Shown here one piece after another: positions 58,078 to 64,000 of a stretch of 64,000 bases of DNA (the first letter of the stretch is position 1; every line of letters starts with the position of its first letter). Position numbers and translations under genes: made by a program. The stretch is from positions 1-64,000 of the forward strand of contig JAVJSW010000060.1 in the NCBI GenBank assembly GCA_040219255.1, given 5' to 3'. The notes beneath the pieces were generated by a model, which was not told the DNA's origin, made no database searches, and worked only from the letters and a program-made list of their open reading frames with translations. Origin of the DNA: Sumerlaeia bacterium. GTDB taxonomy: Bacteria; Sumerlaeota; Sumerlaeia; SLMS01; JAHLLQ01.

Positions 58078-60761
58078 GCGATCACGACCTGAGAGAAAAC
58101 GAACGCGAGCCCCAGGATGCGGAGGCAACCGCCAGCGAGGACGGCTTCTGCGAAGACCGCCTGCCGACAAGAACGGTCATGGCGTCCAGTCTGCTCCTGG
58201 GCGCGTTGGCGTTGGCGCATTTCCTGGCGCTGACGCCTTTCACGCACAATCTGGACGACGTCAAGTACCTGACGATGTGGAGCGGGGGCGCCATCGCGCT
58301 GATGGTTTATTGCGCGATGGTGGCCTTTGGCCGCGCGGCGCTTCCGCCCCGGATCATCTTCATCCCCTACGTCGGCTACGTTCTGACCCTCGTGGTCTCG
58401 ACGCTTTTCGCCTCCGAGTCCTACTCGAAATGGATCGGTTGGGAGATGGTGACATTCCACACGTCGCTGGCCGGGTGGTTCCTGCTGGGAACCGCCACCG
58501 CCGCCACGATGCGCTCCGCCCGCTGGACGGCCCGCTATTGGGTCGTGGTGGCTCTGGTCACTTGCGGCTTCGGCATCTTCCACTTCTTCGGGGGGTTGGA
58601 GTGGATTTACGACAAGCTGCCGCCGTTGACGCCGGGGCAGGAATCGCCCCCCATGCGCGCCTTGATCTTCACCTTCGCCCAATCGCGGGACATGCTCTCC
58701 ACGATCCTCAACAAGCAGTTCTTCGCCAACTTCCTGGCGGTCATGTTGCCCGTCTGCCTGGCGGCGGTGGTGCTCAATTTCCACAGCCTGAACGAGAACC
58801 TGCGCAAGGGATTGCCGATCACCAATCCGGCAGCCTGGGTCCTGGCCTCCAGCCTGGGCGTCGTCTTCTGCGCGTTCTGCATTTTCCAGACGTTCTCCAA
58901 GGCGAGCCTGTTCGGCCTGCCCCTGGTCTTCCTGGCCTTCGCGATCCTGGTGCCGCTCTGCACCAGCTATCGCATCCGCATTCCCGCCTGGCCCTTGGCG
59001 GCGAGCTTGCTGGCGATCATGATTCTGTCCACGCTGGCGGTGGCCTGGGCCGAACTGGTGGATCAGTTCCGGTCCGTTTCCACCTCCATGGAATCGCGCG
59101 AGATCATCTGGCAGGGCGCCATCAACATGTGGAAGGACAACCCGATTCTGGGCGCCGGCCCCGGCTCCTTCCGCCTCGAATTCCCCAAGTACCGCTCGCC
59201 CGACTACCACCTCTACGACATCAGCAACGTCACCCTCTACGCGCACAATCGCTTCCTCGATCTCCTCGCGGAAAACGGCATCGTGGGCTTCGGCTTCTAT
59301 GTCGCCTTCCTGGGGGCCATCGGCTGGCTCGGTTTCCGGGTCATTCTCCGCTGCCCATCCCAGAACATGCGCGTTCTGATGATCGGGTATCTTCTGGGTC
59401 TGGGGTATTTCTATCTGGGCAATCTGGCTACGCCGATGATGCGCTGGCCCGTGGGCGCCGTAACGGCGCACCTGGTGCTGGGTATCACGACGGGTCTGAT
59501 CATGACGGGTCTGCGGGGCAATCTGCCGCCGCCGCAGGAAATGCCAGGCGTCGCCGTACCCGGTCCGCAGCGCCAGAACTTCCAATGGACTCGCCTAAGC
59601 ATCGCCGCCGCCACCGCCGCGGTTCTGGCTTTCGGCTATCTGCTCTACATCCACGATCGCGGTAAGCACTACTTCGCCGCCAGCGTCGCCAACAACCAGG
59701 GCGTCCTGATCATCAGCCGCACGCCGATGAGCGAAAAGGGCCTGGGCATTTCCAAGGCGCAGTTTATCAACTACGCGGGCAACGAGATGGAAAAGGCTCG
59801 CAAGCTGTTCGATACGGCGATGGAAGAAAATCCGAATTTCATCACATCGTACTATAAGCAGGCGCACGTCTATAACCGGCTGGCAAGCCTCTACGAAGCC
59901 GCCGGCAATCGGGAAAAGAGCGAGGAGATGCAGCTCAAGGGGCTGGAGGTCTACGCCGACCTGCGGGAGCTGGCGCCCGATTATTCGGAGATTCACTACA
60001 ACCTGGCAGTCATCAACGCGGACCTGGCGGACGACTACAAGCAGCAGGCGCAAGCGATGCCGGCGGGCTCGGAGCAGCGTCAGGCCATGATGGAGAAGGC
60101 CCGAGCCACGATGGAGGAAGCCATCGTCTCCGTCGACCGCGCCGCCGAACTGAGCAACAAGATCAACGTGTACTACATCCGCGGCCTGTTCTACGAACGG
60201 CTTGCAGCGATGCACCCAGAGGGCTCGGAGAAGTATCTGACCGCCATCGCCAACGCGGCCCGGTCCTATGAAACCGCTCGCGACGCTCCCTTCGCCCGAG
60301 TGTTGCAGGACGAAAATCAGCGCGAAACGGAAGAGGCGCAGAAGCGCCTGGCCGCGGGGAAGGCCGCCGGCCTCTACAACCTGGCCAAAATGTATCCGGA
60401 AGCGGGCGAGGCGTACTGGAAAGTGTACCAGGAAAACCCGAACGACAGCCAGCCCCTCAATCGCGCCATCGTGTCCTTTGTGTTGGCCAAGGACCTGGAT
60501 CGCGCCGAGGAATTGGTGAAGGAAGGTTTGCGCCGCAACCCGCTCAACCCCGATTTCCAACTGGTGTACGCCGAGCTGTTGGCCGAGCAGGCGGCCTCGC
60601 GGGAGAATCAGGACCTGGCCTGGAAGGCGCTCGAGCAGGCCCTGTTCGTCAGCGAAGTGGCCGAGCGCGTTCCCGATTACCTCGACAAGCAGCAGCAAGA
60701 ACGCCTGACCCGTATCATTCAGCGGGGCCATGGATTGGCCCGCCAATTGAACCAATCTTGA
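58074..60761 (+). CDS. O-antigen ligase/O-oligosaccharyltransferase-like (Wzy_C) protein with C-terminal TPRs
   Basis: Multiple TM segments; SREIIWQGA..M..DNPILGAGPGSF, AHNRFLDLLAENGIVG; TPR-like C-terminal half. Confidence 0.85.
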   Translation: MSDHDLRENEREPQDAEATASEDGFCEDRLPTRTVMASSLLLGALALAHFLALTPFTHNLDDVKYLTMWSGGAIALMVYCAMVAFGRAALPPRIIFIPYVGYVLTLVVSTLFASESYSKWIGWEMVTFHTSLAGWFLLGTATAATMRSARWTARYWVVVALVTCGFGIFHFFGGLEWIYDKLPPLTPGQESPPMRALIFTFAQSRDMLSTILNKQFFANFLAVMLPVCLAAVVLNFHSLNENLRKGLPITNPAAWVLASSLGVVFCAFCIFQTFSKASLFGLPLVFLAFAILVPLCTSYRIRIPAWPLAASLLAIMILSTLAVAWAELVDQFRSVSTSMESREIIWQGAINMWKDNPILGAGPGSFRLEFPKYRSPDYHLYDISNVTLYAHNRFLDLLAENGIVGFGFYVAFLGAIGWLGFRVILRCPSQNMRVLMIGYLLGLGYFYLGNLATPMMRWPVGAVTAHLVLGITTGLIMTGLRGNLPPPQEMPGVAVPGPQRQNFQWTRLSIAAATAAVLAFGYLLYIHDRGKHYFAASVANNQGVLIISRTPMSEKGLGISKAQFINYAGNEMEKARKLFDTAMEENPNFITSYYKQAHVYNRLASLYEAAGNREKSEEMQLKGLEVYADLRELAPDYSEIHYNLAVINADLADDYKQQAQAMPAGSEQRQAMMEKARATMEEAIVSVDRAAELSNKINVYYIRGLFYERLAAMHPEGSEKYLTAIANAARSYETARDAPFARVLQDENQRETEEAQKRLAAGKAAGLYNLAKMYPEAGEAYWKVYQENPNDSQPLNRAIVSFVLAKDLDRAEELVKEGLRRNPLNPDFQLVYAELLAEQAASRENQDLAWKALEQALFVSEVAERVPDYLDKQQQERLTRIIQRGHGLARQLNQS

Positions 60762-60775
60762 CGAACGAGCCCTCC

Positions 60776-61765
60776 ATGACCTTCTCCGCCACCCAAGGCG
60801 CGCTTCACATCCGCGTCCCCGCTTCCACCTCCAACCTCGGCCCCGGCTACGATGTGCTGGGCTGCGCGTTCCAGCTTCACAACGAGTTCCTCGTGCGCCT
60901 CCTCGAGGGCGAAGGGGACTCGGAGATCGCCTTCACCGGGCCCCAGGCCAAGGGGCTGACGCCGTCGCCGGACAACGTGTTCTTCACCAGCGCGGCCCGG
61001 CTGTTCCAGTTTCTCGGCCGCCCCGTGCCCCGGCTGGAAGTCACCGCCGTCTGCCACGTGCCCAACGCGCGCGGCCTGGGCAGCAGTTCCACCGCCGTGG
61101 TGGCGGGCTTGCTAGCGGCGGATGCGATTTGCGGGGGGATGCTGGAGGACGGCGGCCAATCGTTTTTCGCCGCGGCTCCGGTCGGCGTCTCCGGCTTGCT
61201 GGACCTGGCCAGCCAGATCGAAGGCCATCCGGACAATGTGGCCCCGGCGCTGCTCGGCGGATTGACCTGCGCGATGATGGCGCCCGACGGCCATGTGGTG
61301 GCCAGCCGCTCGCGCCCCCACCCGGCGCTGGGTTTCGTCGTCTACTCGCCCGATTACGAGGTCCGCACGGAAGACGCCCGCAACGCCCTGCCCAAGACCA
61401 TCGCCCACAGCGACGCCGTGGCGAACCTGGCGCGGTTGCCTCTCCTGATCGACGCGCTGACCCGGGGCGACGCCAGCGAGTTGGCGCTGCTGACCATCGA
61501 CCGGTTGCACGAACCCTATCGCAAGCCCCTCTATCGGCAGTTCGAGGAATTGAAGGCGGTGGCGCGGGAAGCCGGCGCGGCGGCCGCGTGCCTCAGCGGC
61601 GCGGGGCCATCGATGTTGGCCATCGGCGTGGTGGAGGACCTGCCGCGGGTGGCCCAGGCATGGAAAAAAGCCGCCGAAGACTTCGGTCTCGGCGGCGAGG
61701 TGCGGGTGTTGGAGGTGGAATACGAAGGCGCTTCGGTTCAATCCTACGAAAGCGCCCCGTCCTGA
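60776..61765 (+). CDS. thrB: Homoserine kinase
   Basis: VPASTSNLGPGYDVLG, ARGLGSSS, EGHPDNVAP, DRLHEPYR, LSGAGPS. Confidence 0.95.
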   Translation: MTFSATQGALHIRVPASTSNLGPGYDVLGCAFQLHNEFLVRLLEGEGDSEIAFTGPQAKGLTPSPDNVFFTSAARLFQFLGRPVPRLEVTAVCHVPNARGLGSSSTAVVAGLLAADAICGGMLEDGGQSFFAAAPVGVSGLLDLASQIEGHPDNVAPALLGGLTCAMMAPDGHVVASRSRPHPALGFVVYSPDYEVRTEDARNALPKTIAHSDAVANLARLPLLIDALTRGDASELALLTIDRLHEPYRKPLYRQFEELKAVAREAGAAAACLSGAGPSMLAIGVVEDLPRVAQAWKKAAEDFGLGGEVRVLEVEYEGASVQSYESAPS

Positions 61766-61807
61766 CGAAAACTCAGGACCTGATCGAGAGCAGCCCCCCG
61801 GAAGTCT

Positions 61808-62503
61808 CTAGCCGGTGATGCGGCTGGCCACCTCCATGCCACAGGGAACGGGCGGAGCCTCGCCGCCGTAGCGGCCGATGTCGCCTCCGCTGATGGCGCC
61901 GTTGGTGGGATCGTAAACGCTGTTCACGCCGAGGTAGTCGGGCTGGATGGTGGCGCATCCGGCGCCGTCCCAGCCGTACATGTGGATGTAGCCGAAGAGC
62001 TGGTCGGGTCCGGCGCTTTGCAACATGAAGGCGCGGCGGTAAGGCGTCCCCGGCCCGAAGGCGTTGCGCGAGGCCCAGGTCAGGGGCTCGCCCGGGTTCG
62101 TGGACTCGGCGTAGTTATAGAAGAAAATGCTGCCTTCCCACGATCCGATCGTCGTGCCGTCTTCCGTGACGAGCTTCGTTTCCTTGCCGAGGAAAGGATC
62201 CTGCCAGGGAATGGTGCTGAGGTAAACGGTCGGTGTGGTCAACGCGTGCAGGCCGTTGCGCGCTTCCACGTCGCGATTGTCGACCGGGTACCGGTTGTGA
62301 TCGACGACGTAGGATTCCAGGGCGACGGCGATGGTGCGGAAATCCATCTTGGCGCGGCTGACCTTGGCCCGGGTCTGCGCCTGCAGGAAATTGGGAACGG
62401 CAATGGCCGCCAGAATGGCGATGATCGCCACGACGATGAGCAGTTCGATCAATGTGAATGCGGGGGCAATACGGCTGAATTTCTGAATTCTGGAAGGGCG
62501 CAT
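61808..62503 (-). CDS. Prepilin-type N-terminal cleavage/methylation domain protein (PulG-like)
   Basis: A|FTLIELLIVVAIIAILAAIAVPNFLQAQTRAKVSR, SAGPD, YDPTNG. Confidence 0.9.
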   Translation of the reverse strand: MRPSRIQKFSRIAPAFTLIELLIVVAIIAILAAIAVPNFLQAQTRAKVSRAKMDFRTIAVALESYVVDHNRYPVDNRDVEARNGLHALTTPTVYLSTIPWQDPFLGKETKLVTEDGTTIGSWEGSIFFYNYAESTNPGEPLTWASRNAFGPGTPYRRAFMLQSAGPDQLFGYIHMYGWDGAGCATIQPDYLGVNSVYDPTNGAISGGDIGRYGGEAPPVPCGMEVASRITG

Positions 62504-62726
62504 AATCGTCACCTGGAAAAATTGTTTCGCGGTGATCTTTATTGTTACCAGACCTGTGCCACTTCTTGACGCTCTTCCAAGTCGAGTCATACCAGTGCGG
62601 AACATTTCACTGGTCAGGGCGTCTTGAGTAAGGCCGTTCTCCCTCTTGTCTCGATTGGAGACTGGGTGTGAAACGGAGTTTCCCTATTATACGGGGGAAA
62701 AGACTATTCGCTTTAAAATAGAAAAT

Positions 62727-62776
62727 CCCCCGGAGTGAGGGCGCGGCGATCCGCAACCATTCTCACTTCCGGGGGA
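62727..62776 (-). terminator. Hairpin after the methyltransferase gene
   Basis: TCCCCCGGAGTGAG...CTCACTTCCGGGGGA; the A-rich flank gives a U-tract on the minus strand. Confidence 0.55.
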
Positions 62777-62791
62777 ATTCGGCTGTATTTC

Positions 62792-63865
62792 TTACTTGGT
62801 GGAAACGTACCAGTAATTCTGAATGTCGTGCTCGAGTTCGTGCACCTCGGTGCCGAGGAAGCCGGCGTCCTCGAGCATTTCCACGGCCAGTTCCTTGCCC
62901 CACGCGGCGCCCAGTCCCATGCCGCCTTGCGCCAGCGAAACGCTCATGCAGTGCAGGCAGGAAATGGCGTAGATGAACGGGGCGACGGGGTGGTCGAGGT
63001 TGTTTTCCAGGTGGCTGCTGGCGCGGATGTCCTGCATCAGGAAGGTCCCGCCGGGCTTGAGCGCGCGGCGGATGTTCGCCAGCACCAGGTCCGGCCGGGC
63101 CTGATCGTGGATCGCGTCGAAAGCCGTGATGACATCGAAGGCGTCTTCTTCGTCCCAGGCGGCGGCGTTGCGTTCCGCGAACTCGATGTTGGTCAGGCCG
63201 CGGGCTTCGGCGGTGGCGCGGGCGCGCTCGACCGCTTCCTCGCACAGGTCGTAGCCGGTGAAGTGGCTGGCGGGGAAAAGTTCGGCCAGACGGCACAGAG
63301 TCAGGCCGCTGCCGCATCCGACGTCGAGGAGGCGGACGCCGCGCTCGAGGTCGCGCACCAATCCGGGCACGAGCGGCAGGATGTGCTCGGTCAGGGCCGA
63401 GCCCACGGTCTGGCTGCTTTCCTCGGCCATGACCGGGTGAAAGCGGGCGTAGCGTTCGTAGGGAACGCCGCCGCCCTCGCGGAAACAGCGCACGATTTCG
63501 TCCTCCACGCCGCCGAGAACGGCGAAGAACTGCATCGGCGAGGCGAAGTTGTTGGGCCCGGCGGCACGGGTCAGGTAAGCGGCGTGCTCGGCGGGCAGGC
63601 GATAGGTCTTGGAAAGCGGTTCGTAATCCACGATGCCGGCGGTGACGAAGCAGCCGAGGGCTTCGCGGACGTAGCGTTCATTGAGGCGGGCGGCTTCGGC
63701 GATTTCCGCCGACGTGCTGTGCGAAAGGTTGGCCATCGTGTCGAACAGGCCGGTGCGATGGGCGACGGAGATCATGAGGGCGATGGAGCCATGGTTCAGG
63801 ACGGAAAGCATCTGGCCGGCGAAGGCTTCGGCTTTATCGGTGTTGACGGTGCATGCGGTACACAT
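62792..63865 (-). CDS. SAM-dependent methyltransferase with N-terminal HTH (Rv2258c-like)
   Basis: RTGLF, LNERYVRE, LDVGCGSG, FDAIHD, LHCMSVSLA. Confidence 0.88.
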   Translation of the reverse strand: MCTACTVNTDKAEAFAGQMLSVLNHGSIALMISVAHRTGLFDTMANLSHSTSAEIAEAARLNERYVREALGCFVTAGIVDYEPLSKTYRLPAEHAAYLTRAAGPNNFASPMQFFAVLGGVEDEIVRCFREGGGVPYERYARFHPVMAEESSQTVGSALTEHILPLVPGLVRDLERGVRLLDVGCGSGLTLCRLAELFPASHFTGYDLCEEAVERARATAEARGLTNIEFAERNAAAWDEEDAFDVITAFDAIHDQARPDLVLANIRRALKPGGTFLMQDIRASSHLENNLDHPVAPFIYAISCLHCMSVSLAQGGMGLGAAWGKELAVEMLEDAGFLGTEVHELEHDIQNYWYVSTK

Positions 63866-64000
63866 AGTGAAGGAGTCCTCTGAAGTATAAGAGAAGTAGG
63901 AGAGAAGTGAAAGGAAATGTAGGGAAACAATAGGGTCCCGGCGTCTCTGGTCTCGGGCCGGGCCGGAGCGGGGGAGAACCGGCCCCCGCGGTGAAGGGCG

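Noticed and set aside
62545-62565. Sigma54 promoter for the prepilin gene (TGGCAC-AGGTC-TGGT on the minus strand)
   Set aside because: The -12 GC dinucleotide is missing.

Overview
GC-rich bacterial chromosomal window of mostly housekeeping and envelope genes. The prepilin-type protein motif (PNFLQAQTRAKVSR...YDPTNG..SGGD) suggests Candidatus Sumerlaeota/BRC1 or a relative; this is an inference. Recognisable genes are mnmE, ispH, mutS2, prfC, comM/yifB, cobA-hemD, rplY, prs, ndk, nrdJ and thrB. There are also several secreted hydrolases (two GH13 enzymes, a CBM20-esterase, a PPC-cyanophycinase and a Zn-metalloprotease). The most striking feature is an intact 85-nt tRNA gene (37328-37412) with a putative promoter, a complete class II tRNA-Leu body, an alanine anticodon (UGC) and no G3:U70 pair, making it a candidate Ala-to-Leu mistranslating tRNA. 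Other notable items are a class II ribonucleotide reductase split by three inteins (one an AT-rich, endonuclease-free mini-intein), with tandem NrdR boxes upstream. It is coupled to an AT-rich NYN nuclease gene whose C-terminus is frameshifted by a 7-bp tandem duplication. The window also holds a probable 6S RNA, a roughly 135-aa insertion in CobA, a low-GC islet after mutS2, and REP-like and other intergenic repeats. No CRISPR array, integrase or transposase was seen.
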